A DNA stretch of 64,000 nucleotides from Alphaproteobacteria bacterium (lineage in GTDB: Bacteria; Pseudomonadota; Alphaproteobacteria; Micavibrionales; Micavibrionaceae), in assembly GCA_044220535.1 (NCBI GenBank), contig JBGAQU010000002.1, forward strand, positions 1,197 through 65,196, read 5' to 3'. The position numbers and the translations under genes were made by a program. Below the pieces are notes generated by a model. That model saw nothing but the letters and a program-made list of their open reading frames with translations, searched no databases and was not told the origin of the DNA. Shown here in pieces: positions 55,346-63,943 of the stretch (positions within the stretch are counted from its first letter, which is position 1; every line of letters starts with the position of its first letter).

Positions 55346-56602
55346 TTACAGACGCTTCCTGACATCGTCGAAGGATTCAAGCTTTGACAACGGCCCAAGC
55401 GCGGCAAGGGTCGGCGATCCCGCAAAGATTTCTTGCGCGGCTTTCATCACGCTTTCGGTGCTGATCGCCTCGATTTTTTTCAGCCGTTCGGCGCTGTCGA
55501 ACGTGCTGTTAAAGTGGATCAGCTGCTTCGCCTGCTGATTGGCGCGGGTCATCATGGATTCGCGGCCCATGACCAGATTGGCCTTCATCTGCGCCTTGGC
55601 GCGCAGCAATTCCTGTTCGCTGACCGCATGATCGCAGATGCGCTTGATTTCATCGCACACCACAGGCACCAGTTGCTGCAGGCGGTCGGGACCGGTGCCC
55701 GCGTAAATCGCGAACTGGCCCGTATCCTGATAGGCGGAATGGAAGCTGAAAATCGAATAAACCAGACCGCGCTTCTCCCGGATTTCCTGAAACAGGCGCG
55801 ACGACATGCCGCCGCCGAGAATGGTGGACAGCGCCGCCGCGCCGTAATACGACCCGTCATGGCGGCTGAAGCCTTCAAAGCCAAGCACGACATGGCTTTG
55901 CTCCAGTGTTTTTTCGGTACGGTGTTCGCCGCCCTGATAGTGCGCAGTCAGTTCATCGCGCTTTTTGTCTTTCGGCAGGGCATTGAATTTCGCCTCGACC
56001 TGCTTCACGAAATCATCGTGCTGCACATTCCCAGCGGCAGACACGACCAGGCGGCCAGGGGTGTAGAACCGGTCGACATATTGCATCAGCGTGTCGCGCT
56101 GCATGGCGTTGACGATCGCACTGCGGCCCAGAATCGGCGCGCCGATCGCCTGCTGCGGATAGGCGACTTCCTGATAATAATCGAACACGATGTCATCCGG
56201 CGTGTCGTTGGTCATGCCGATTTCCTGCAGGATGACGTCACGCTCCCGCTCGACCTCATCCTCCGGCATCGTCGAATGCTGGATGATGTCGGACAGGATA
56301 TCCATTGCCAACGGCAAGTCTGATTTCAGCAGGTGGATGTGATAGGCGGTCATTTCGCGGCTGGTATAAGCGTTGACCTGCCCGCCGACATCCTCGATCT
56401 GCTCCGCGATCTGGACCGCGTTGCGGTTCGGCGTGCCCTTGAACATCATATGCTCGACCATATGGGCGACGCCGTTATGGGCCATGTCTTCATGCCGTGT
56501 CCCGACATCGGCCCAGACGCCGACGGCGACGCTGCCGACCTCCGTCACAGTATCCGTAATCACGCGCAGGCCCGAAGGCAAAGTGGTCTGTTTTATGCTC
56601 AT
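55346..56602 (-). CDS. M16 family zinc peptidase (pitrilysin / processing-peptidase-like)
   Basis: Inverted zinc motif HMVEHMMFKG (HxxEH), 418 aa. Conserved position downstream of thrC. Confidence 0.9.
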   Translation of the reverse strand: MSIKQTTLPSGLRVITDTVTEVGSVAVGVWADVGTRHEDMAHNGVAHMVEHMMFKGTPNRNAVQIAEQIEDVGGQVNAYTSREMTAYHIHLLKSDLPLAMDILSDIIQHSTMPEDEVERERDVILQEIGMTNDTPDDIVFDYYQEVAYPQQAIGAPILGRSAIVNAMQRDTLMQYVDRFYTPGRLVVSAAGNVQHDDFVKQVEAKFNALPKDKKRDELTAHYQGGEHRTEKTLEQSHVVLGFEGFSRHDGSYYGAAALSTILGGGMSSRLFQEIREKRGLVYSIFSFHSAYQDTGQFAIYAGTGPDRLQQLVPVVCDEIKRICDHAVSEQELLRAKAQMKANLVMGRESMMTRANQQAKQLIHFNSTFDSAERLKKIEAISTESVMKAAQEIFAGSPTLAALGPLSKLESFDDVRKRL

Positions 56603-56649
56603 GCTAAGTTACATAAAGCATTGATGGGGAAAGGACAAGTCGTTATGGC

Positions 56650-58047
56650 TTAAAGCTTGGCATTCGCCAGTATAAAGGCCGTAACCTTGGCGTAATCATT
56701 CGGCAATCCCATCAGATGCTCCGCTTTTTTCATGACGACCTGCAGGCGCGGCGGGACGGGTGGGGTAATGCCCGTGGCCTTCTGCACTGCTTCGGGGAAT
56801 TTGGCCGGATGGGCGGTGGAGACGATGACCATGGGGACAGCGGATCGCTGCGCCTTGGCCGCATGCAGGGCGACCGCCGTGTGCGGGTCGATCAGGATGC
56901 CGGTTTCGGCGTAGCATTGTTTCATGGTGGCCAGCGTGTCGTCGTCGCTGCACCGTGCGGCGTTAAATTCAGCGCGGGCGGCTTTATGAAGCGCAGGATC
57001 GATGCGGAACGCACCCGTCTCCTTAAATTGTTTCATCAACCTGTTCAGATGATCTGAATCCCGGTCCAGCAGCTCGAACAGATAGCGTTCGAAATTGCTG
57101 GAGACCTGTATGTCCATACTGGGGGACAATGACGGTTCCACGCCTTCCAGCTTCATCTCCCCCGTTTCAAAAAACCGGGTCAGGATGTCGTTGCGGTTGG
57201 TGGCGTTGGTGTGGTTTTCGATGGGCTGGCCCATATGCCGCGCCGACCAGGCCGCGAAGACGTTGCCGAAATTGCCGGTGGGCACGGTGAAAGCGACAGG
57301 ATGTTTTACACCGTCCAGGGCCAATGCTGCCGTCATGTAATACACCATCTGGCCCATGATGCGACCCCAGTTGATGGAATTGACGGCGGAGAGGTTGAGT
57401 TGATCGCGCAACGGCGCGTCGGCAAACATCGCCTTCACCATCGCCTGGCAATCGTCGAAGGTGCCATCGAGCGCGATATTGAAGACGTTCGGCGCATCAA
57501 CCGATGTCATCTGGCGGCGCTGCACTTCAGAGGTGCGGCCCTGTGGGTGCAAGATGAAAATATCGATGTTGTTGCAGCCCTTGCACGCTTCAATGGCGGC
57601 GGAGCCGGTATCGCCCGAGGTCGCGCCGACAATGGTAATGCGCCGGCCGTTTTTCGCCAGCACACGGTCAAATAGCCGCCCGACCAGTTGCAACGCATAA
57701 TCCTTGAACGACAAAGTCGGGCCATGAAACAGTTCGAGCAACCATGTGTTGGCATCCAGCTGGCGCAGCGGCGCGACATCCTTATGATCGAACACCTTAC
57801 CCGTGTAAGTTTCATCGACAATGGCGCGTAGATCGGCAGCGGGTAGAACATCGCCTGCGAATTCCCGCACTATATGGTAGGCGATATCGGCATAAGACTG
57901 CCCCGCCAGCTTCGCGGTTAAAACAGGATCAAGCCGTGGCCAGGTCTCCGGCACAAACAACCCGCCATCCGGCGCCATGCCGGAGAGAAGAACGGTTTCA
58001 AAGGATTGGGGCGATATGCCACCGCGGGTGGAGATATATTGTGTCAT
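56650..58047 (-). CDS. thrC: threonine synthase
   Basis: MTQYISTRGG N-terminus and PLP-lysine motif GPTLSFKD. Start set at Met 58047. Confidence 0.95.
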   Translation of the reverse strand: MTQYISTRGGISPQSFETVLLSGMAPDGGLFVPETWPRLDPVLTAKLAGQSYADIAYHIVREFAGDVLPAADLRAIVDETYTGKVFDHKDVAPLRQLDANTWLLELFHGPTLSFKDYALQLVGRLFDRVLAKNGRRITIVGATSGDTGSAAIEACKGCNNIDIFILHPQGRTSEVQRRQMTSVDAPNVFNIALDGTFDDCQAMVKAMFADAPLRDQLNLSAVNSINWGRIMGQMVYYMTAALALDGVKHPVAFTVPTGNFGNVFAAWSARHMGQPIENHTNATNRNDILTRFFETGEMKLEGVEPSLSPSMDIQVSSNFERYLFELLDRDSDHLNRLMKQFKETGAFRIDPALHKAARAEFNAARCSDDDTLATMKQCYAETGILIDPHTAVALHAAKAQRSAVPMVIVSTAHPAKFPEAVQKATGITPPVPPRLQVVMKKAEHLMGLPNDYAKVTAFILANAKL

Positions 58048-58091
58048 GCACACCATTTAAGCATGGTGTAACGATGTTGTCATGAACTGTA

Positions 58092-59228
58092 TTAAGCCGT
58101 TTGTAAAACAGGAATCAATCTAAGATTCTGTTCCCGGCGCCACGCTTGGTAAGGTTCCAATACATAAAACTCTGCGGCTTCCGATGTATAGCCTATACGC
58201 CGGGATAGGATATTAAAATAATGATCTAATGGGCCGTCCGGATATTGGCTTTCCGCAAGACCCCGCATTATACGGGCATAAGATGCAGGAAAGCGCTTAC
58301 TGTTCAAATGCAAATCTTCAAAGGCATCGCTTGGGTAATATATAGGATGCATCGCCATCATGGCCGCCGTGCTTTGAGCTGTATCAGATGATGAGGTCAG
58401 CCATTGACCAATGCGAATACCTAAAGGTAACCTTAAAATCGTTTTTAAATAGGCTGGCAGCATATCTTCTATCTGCGGGAAAACATGACTGCGTTCCTTA
58501 TAATTCATCGGATATGCATTGATCACAGGCTTGCGGAAAAAACCGGCAATTGTATTAAACACACTTACATTTTCTAATCTATACGGTGAAAAAGAGATGA
58601 CGTTGCCGTTTTTTATTTTTGATGAGACCGGATTCCCCGGCAGTTTCCAATAGCCGTCATGGACGCAAATTTTGAAATCCTCATGAGGGGCAGAGCGGTA
58701 TAAACTGGCAAACACCCTCAATGTGCCGTCATATAATTTTCCCTCTTTCATAACGGGTTTGGATGTTTCCAAGGTTTGGACCATAAATACTGGATTAAAA
58801 TCCGACAACCAGAAATCCTGACCTGGCTTAGATCTTTTATTCTGCGCCCTTAGTTTAAAAATTGATGATAATGTTTCATCCAATTTATCGCGATGAACAA
58901 TACGTACGCCATTTCCCTGAGTTTGATCGACAGGCTTAATAACATAATGACGTCTTTCGCCAAGAGTCGCGATAATCTGATCTGCCAAGGAGGGGTCGGG
59001 TTTTGCAGTAACAATCATCGTTCCAGGCATGTATTTTAAAAGCGCCGGCTTATCACAAGCCATCAGGTATTGCGCAGCTTTGTTTTCAGTGATGGCTGTT
59101 AAGTTCAGGCTTGAATTAACAAAATGGAATCTTGAATCCAGGTTGATATAATTGAAGTTCTGACGTGTCAGTATGTAATTGGAACCATCGTTCAGTTTTC
59201 TTTGAGGGTAGATAATTCCACAACCCAT
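58092..59228 (-). CDS. ATP-grasp protein, tubulin-tyrosine-ligase-like; C-terminal 378 codons of a TAG-interrupted frame
   Basis: RHYVIKPVDQTQGNGVRIV (ATP-grasp B-loop region), FMVQTLETSKPVM and KLYDGTLRVFASLY resemble TTL/YheC-type ATP-grasp motifs. Strongly AT-rich relative to the flanks. Confidence 0.6.
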   Translation of the reverse strand: MGCGIIYPQRKLNDGSNYILTRQNFNYINLDSRFHFVNSSLNLTAITENKAAQYLMACDKPALLKYMPGTMIVTAKPDPSLADQIIATLGERRHYVIKPVDQTQGNGVRIVHRDKLDETLSSIFKLRAQNKRSKPGQDFWLSDFNPVFMVQTLETSKPVMKEGKLYDGTLRVFASLYRSAPHEDFKICVHDGYWKLPGNPVSSKIKNGNVISFSPYRLENVSVFNTIAGFFRKPVINAYPMNYKERSHVFPQIEDMLPAYLKTILRLPLGIRIGQWLTSSSDTAQSTAAMMAMHPIYYPSDAFEDLHLNSKRFPASYARIMRGLAESQYPDGPLDHYFNILSRRIGYTSEAAEFYVLEPYQAWRREQNLRLIPVLQTA

Positions 59229-59321
59229 TTCCGCCAGCTCATAACCATACCCGTCCCCAATATCCTGTAAGTTGCAATAATAAGGGACTCTCGTAACTGG
59301 CAGTTGAAACGTTTCTCTCTA

Positions 59322-59480
59322 AAAAGGAAGAATGTGCGCTAAGGTTATGTCCTCGCCTGTTATCTGGGTATAACCCTTCGTACCTGCATGATGGCCTTGC
59401 ATGATTTCCATTATTTTTACAGGTTCCGCATCAGGAACCTTAAGGTCAACAGCTAGAGTATAGAGTTCAAGATTATGCAT
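59322..59480 (-). CDS. 53-codon N-terminal fragment, in frame with the ATP-grasp ORF and separated from it by one TAG
   Basis: ATG at 59480 with an AGGA SD and an upstream TTGACA-N17-ATATAT (about 59507-59535, minus strand). The frame continues through TAG (59319-59321) into ORF 58092-59228 without a shift. Confidence 0.4.
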
Positions 59481-59542
59481 TTGCGATTCCTGTTATCAGA
59501 ATCGTTATATATATAATGCATTACCATTATGTCAACAAATAA

Positions 59543-61255
59543 CTATGCTATAGCCTTCAAATACCGACGATCCAGATGCCGCACCAGCGCATCCGGCCCT
59601 GGCATAACACCCGTGGCCTGTTTCATCAGCTGGTCGAAGGGCAGCAGGCAACCTTTGGCATGGATTTTATCGCGGAGCCAGTGGATAATCGGGGTGAAGC
59701 GGCCTTCGGCGATTATGGCGTTGACGTCGCCGAGATCCTTGCCCATCGCCTCAAACTGCTGCGCGGCCAGCATGTGGCCGACCGTGTAGGCGGGGAAGTA
59801 GCCGAATTTACCGACAAACCAGTGCACATCCTGCAAACAGCCTTCGGCCATGGTCTGGGGCTGGATGCCAAGGATGTCCTGCATCGCGCCGTTCCATGCA
59901 TCGGGCAGGTCGGCGACTTTCAGCTTTCCGTCGATCAGGTCCTTTTCCAGACGGAAGCGATGTTCGACATGGAAGAAATAGGTCAGTTCATCCGCCGTCT
60001 TACGGTCGGGCGACGGGCGGACGCGGGTTTTCAGCTTGTGCAGATTGTCCGCGCTCAACACCGGATTATGCAGGCCGTGGAACAGGCCTTCGGCGCGCGG
60101 CGCCAGGAAATTGAAAAACGCTTTCGTGCGGCCCATGACCATTTCGATCAGCAGCGCCTGGCTTTCATGCACGGCGGAGCCCATATCCTGGCCCACGGGC
60201 TGGTAGCGCCAGGTTTTACGCGGGAGGTTCTGCGTGTAGATGCCATGGCCGCCTTCATGCAAAGCCGATTTCATCGAGGTCATGAAATTGCGGATATCAA
60301 CCGTCTTGATAACAAGGCGCGTATCGTCGGGCGTGCCGCCCTCCACCGGATTGTGCCCGGTTTCATAGAGGCCGCCGCGTTCGAAATCAAAACCGATCGC
60401 CTGCAACAATGCCTTGTTCAGCCACATCTGGGCCTTGGCCGGATAGAAATCACCGATTTCCCGCGGCGGTTCCTCGCGGCCCTGGCGTTCCATCGCGCCG
60501 GACAGGATTTTGTGGAGTTTTTTATGCAGCGTGCTGAACCAATCCTCAACATCAATCGCGCTGACGCCCGGCATGAACTGGTCCATCATCGTTTGATACA
60601 GGGAATTGCTGCCCGTCGCGCGGGCGCGGGCCTCGGCGATCTGCCGCGCAAGGTCGACCTGGCCTGAGAGAAATTCACGCGCGCCGGGCCAGTCGCTTTG
60701 CGCCAGCGCCTCACGATGCCGCCTGCGGCCTTCATATTCCAGACGCGCCTTGCGTTCGATCAGATCGCCGCCCAAGGGGCTTTCGCTTTCATACATAGCC
60801 CGCATTTCGCGCAAGTTCGCGGCATCCCATTCATCCCAGTCGGACGGGTTCTGCGCCTGGTGATCACGCGCGCGGTCGAGGAGTTTAATCGAGTCTTTGG
60901 CAATCAGTTCCTGATGCACCAGACGGTGCAGATAGGAAATCTGGCCCAGGCGGCTGCGCCAAGCACCTTCCGGCATGGCGGTCAAAAAGTCGCGGCCCAT
61001 GGTTTCCGCAATGGCCTTCAGGCGGCCCACGTCGCGGAAGCGCATTTTCAGCTGCATATAGGCTTCGGACGGGTGTTCTTCCGACTGGCGGACGAGGACT
61101 GGCGCGGGCGGCGGCGCATTCAATGCGGGAGTCGGAGGGATGACCGGTTTCGCCTGGCGGTGATGGTCCAGCCACCAGTGCTTGATGCGGTCCAGGAAGG
61201 AACCGTTTTTCAGAATCTCTAAAAATCTATGCCAAAATTCAATAAACCGTTCCAT
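59543..61255 (-). CDS. M32 (Taq-like) metallocarboxypeptidase, divergent paralogue with an N-terminal extension
   Basis: Zinc motif LHEGGHGIY, plus VHESQALLIE and TPDDTRLVIKT. 570 aa, versus ~500 for typical M32 enzymes. Confidence 0.88.
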   Translation of the reverse strand: MERFIEFWHRFLEILKNGSFLDRIKHWWLDHHRQAKPVIPPTPALNAPPPAPVLVRQSEEHPSEAYMQLKMRFRDVGRLKAIAETMGRDFLTAMPEGAWRSRLGQISYLHRLVHQELIAKDSIKLLDRARDHQAQNPSDWDEWDAANLREMRAMYESESPLGGDLIERKARLEYEGRRRHREALAQSDWPGAREFLSGQVDLARQIAEARARATGSNSLYQTMMDQFMPGVSAIDVEDWFSTLHKKLHKILSGAMERQGREEPPREIGDFYPAKAQMWLNKALLQAIGFDFERGGLYETGHNPVEGGTPDDTRLVIKTVDIRNFMTSMKSALHEGGHGIYTQNLPRKTWRYQPVGQDMGSAVHESQALLIEMVMGRTKAFFNFLAPRAEGLFHGLHNPVLSADNLHKLKTRVRPSPDRKTADELTYFFHVEHRFRLEKDLIDGKLKVADLPDAWNGAMQDILGIQPQTMAEGCLQDVHWFVGKFGYFPAYTVGHMLAAQQFEAMGKDLGDVNAIIAEGRFTPIIHWLRDKIHAKGCLLPFDQLMKQATGVMPGPDALVRHLDRRYLKAIA

Positions 61256-61327
61256 TTATCCAAGATAGGGCGGGCGTGGTGAAATCGCAAGTTTATGCGT
61301 AATTTATTCTTCATCGCGGAGTAAAAA

Positions 61328-61370
61328 GCGCCGCAGGCATTTTTCTGCGTTCTCTGTGCCTCTGCGGTAA
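61328..61370. repeat. solo arm of the CAGAG/CTCTG element family (copy E)
   Basis: GCGCCGCAGGCATTTTTCTGCGTTCTCTGTGCCTCTGCGGTAA resembles one half of copies A-D. No partner arm is nearby. Confidence 0.6.
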
Positions 61371-61376
61371 AGTCTA

Positions 61377-62240
61377 TCAAAACAAACGGCTCATAAACCC
61401 GGCCTTCGCCGTCTCATCGAAAATCGCCGTGTTCCAGCTGTTCATCTGGATTTCGGTGGCGCGGTGGGACAGGCGGCCCTTATCGGCCAGGATTTCCCAG
61501 CATTCGGGATTCACCTGCTCCATATTGTCCAGCACGTTTTTGATGTTGTAGATGATCGGCTGCAGGCTGACCTGCGCCGTGTTGACGCGGGAACCCAGGA
61601 TTTTATACGGCATGCCCAGCCGTTTCAGGCTGCGGAAATCCGCAGGATCCATCATCGAGATGATATCGAGAATGCCCCTGTCCATCGCCGTTTCAAACGC
61701 AGCGCCGATCAGGCCGAGCGGCGCATAGGTGATGCGGCGGCGGATAAAGGCGCGGCCGAGCGGCGCGAAATCCCCTGTTTCCTGCTCGCTGTAGGCAGGC
61801 AGGACGCGCCCGTCGCCAGGACGCTTGCGGAAGGCGGGCGCCATGCACAGGCGGGAGATTTCGCAGATATGCTGCGACCGTTCTTGGTTTTCCAGCAGCG
61901 GATGCTTCACCTGTTTCTGCATTTCAAAACTGTCAAGCGGGTTGCTGGTTTTCGGCAACAGCACGCGCACCGTGCCGACCGTCTGGCCGGAGGCTTCATG
62001 GATCATCAGATGATGAATGGCGCGGTCGTCATAGGCGTCTTTTTCCATGGCAGCGGGGTCGGCGCTTTCGCCTTCAAACCGTGGATCGATGGAATAGACC
62101 TGGTAGCGCAGGCGGAACGCCTGTTCGCGCAGTTCGGGCGTATCGGCCTCAACCACCTTAAACGTCTTCCAATAGGTCTGGTAGAAGGTCTGCTGCTGGA
62201 TCGTGCGCATGCACGCCTGCAATAAACTGTCTTCCTGCAT
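61377..62240 (-). CDS. N-acyl amino acid synthase-like acyltransferase (PEP-CTERM/exosortase-system-associated acyltransferase family)
   Basis: FKVVEADTPELREQAFRLRYQVYSID...EKDAYDDRAIHHLMIHEASGQTVGTVRVLL matches the conserved N-terminal pattern of this GNAT/autoinducer-synthase-like family as I remember it. Confidence 0.75.
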   Translation of the reverse strand: MQEDSLLQACMRTIQQQTFYQTYWKTFKVVEADTPELREQAFRLRYQVYSIDPRFEGESADPAAMEKDAYDDRAIHHLMIHEASGQTVGTVRVLLPKTSNPLDSFEMQKQVKHPLLENQERSQHICEISRLCMAPAFRKRPGDGRVLPAYSEQETGDFAPLGRAFIRRRITYAPLGLIGAAFETAMDRGILDIISMMDPADFRSLKRLGMPYKILGSRVNTAQVSLQPIIYNIKNVLDNMEQVNPECWEILADKGRLSHRATEIQMNSWNTAIFDETAKAGFMSRLF

Positions 62241-62338
62241 GGGGCCTCCTGAAGAATTATACTCTTCAGTATAGTCCCCATGAACTTAAAGACTTTTTAA
62301 CGATTGCGCGGATTTGAGGCAAATCCGGCCTTGTACCG

Positions 62339-63871
62339 CTACGCTACATACGGCCTGCCGAGATACCGCCTGCTCAGATGATCCAGATATATCGACGGGT
62401 TGAGCGGTTCGCCGGTGGCTTGGATGAACAGATCCTGTGATGTGACCAAAGAGCCTTTTTCATGGACATTTGTTTTCAGCCATGCGCGCAAAGGCGATGT
62501 GTCGCCGACGCGCAGGCGCTCCATGATCTCCGGACAGTCTTTTTGCGCCGCTTTCATAAACTGCGCCGCGCCCATCGCGCCGAAAGCATAGGCGGGGAAA
62601 TAGCCCTGCAGCAGAACAGGCCAGTGCACATCCTGCATGCAGCCTTGTGTGTTATTCTGCGGGACAATACCCAGCAATTCCTTCATGCCTTGCGCCCAGG
62701 CTTCGGGCAGGTCTTTCGGGTTTAAGCTGCCGTTGAAGATATTTTTCTCAAGTTCATACCGCAGGACGACATGCAGTGGATAGGTCATTTCATCCGCTTC
62801 GACACGGATAAAGGACGCTTTTACATTCCACATCATGCGCTGCAGGTTTTCAGCGGAGAAGGCCGGATCGCCATGATAATTGAATTCATCCTGAAGACGG
62901 CGGGACAGATACTCCATGAATTCCGCCGTCATGGCTGCTTGGTATTCCATGATCATCGATTGTGTTTCATGGATATCCATGCCCAGCGCACCGCCAGCAG
63001 GCTGATAGCGCCATGCTTTCGGCAGGTTGCTTTCGTAATTGGCGTGGCCTGTTTCATGGATCGTGCCATACAGACCCGGAACGACATCGTGTTTGTTCAG
63101 GCGTGTCGTGATGCGCACATCGTCCGGTGTGCCGCCGCAGGACGGATGCCCCTGAATGGAGGAATGAACGCCGCGGCGGAAGTCAAAGCCGAACACTTTC
63201 GCCATTTCACGATTGATCTTGCCCTGTTTTTCATCGGAAAAACTGCCTTTCGGCTCGATCGGATCCGGCAGTGCCGCCTGACGTTCCAGCCGTTCCTGAA
63301 TCATGCCCGGCAAAACGGCGCGCAATTGCGCGAAGCGCGGGCTGATGATGGCAGAGGTGAGGCCCGGGCTGAACCGGTCGATCAAGGCATCATGCGCCGT
63401 CGGCGCACCCAGCCCGGCCATAGTCGCCTCGCCGATATCCTTCGCGGCGCGGAAGCTGCGTTCGTAATGCGGTCCCATGATTTTCCAGTCGCCGGTTTTG
63501 CGGTACTGGGTATGGAGCTGCTGCCCTTCGGATTCGATCCTGGCTTTTTCCTGCGCCAGGTTCAGCGGCAGGCCTGCCTGATGAATCCATTGCCTGCGCA
63601 TCAGCGCCAGGTTGCGGCGATGGTTCGGATTCATGATCCTGGTTTTGGTTTCAGCAATATTCAGCGCGTCCTCTACACGCGGATCGCTGATTTTTTCATG
63701 CATGACGGTGGCGAGGGCAACCAGCTGGTTGGCGCGGTCTTTGCCGCTTGCTTTTCGCATCACTGTATCGGCATCGGCATGCAGGATGCTGGACGCACCG
63801 TTTAAATTCGATATCTCCGCGAAACGCTGTTTTAAAAATGTGTATGCCTGTGCGGCGGTCTGGCCAGCCAT
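62339..63871 (-). CDS. M32 (Taq-like) metallocarboxypeptidase, canonical
   Basis: HPSCGGTPDDVRITTR, IHETGHANY (HExxH), HETQSMIME and IRVEADEMTYPLHVVLRYELE motifs, 510 aa. Confidence 0.93.
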   Translation of the reverse strand: MAGQTAAQAYTFLKQRFAEISNLNGASSILHADADTVMRKASGKDRANQLVALATVMHEKISDPRVEDALNIAETKTRIMNPNHRRNLALMRRQWIHQAGLPLNLAQEKARIESEGQQLHTQYRKTGDWKIMGPHYERSFRAAKDIGEATMAGLGAPTAHDALIDRFSPGLTSAIISPRFAQLRAVLPGMIQERLERQAALPDPIEPKGSFSDEKQGKINREMAKVFGFDFRRGVHSSIQGHPSCGGTPDDVRITTRLNKHDVVPGLYGTIHETGHANYESNLPKAWRYQPAGGALGMDIHETQSMIMEYQAAMTAEFMEYLSRRLQDEFNYHGDPAFSAENLQRMMWNVKASFIRVEADEMTYPLHVVLRYELEKNIFNGSLNPKDLPEAWAQGMKELLGIVPQNNTQGCMQDVHWPVLLQGYFPAYAFGAMGAAQFMKAAQKDCPEIMERLRVGDTSPLRAWLKTNVHEKGSLVTSQDLFIQATGEPLNPSIYLDHLSRRYLGRPYVA

Positions 63872-63943
63872 GATGGATCTCCCTGTTTTTATGTTATGGG
63901 AAGATTCAGTAGCATGAAGATGGAGCGAGGTAAAGCCGTGTCG

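Noticed and set aside
58092-59540. AT-rich islets as a prophage or integrative element
   Set aside because: No integrase, transposase, phage structural gene, tRNA target or flanking direct repeat was found by eye. Only the compositional anomaly is supported.
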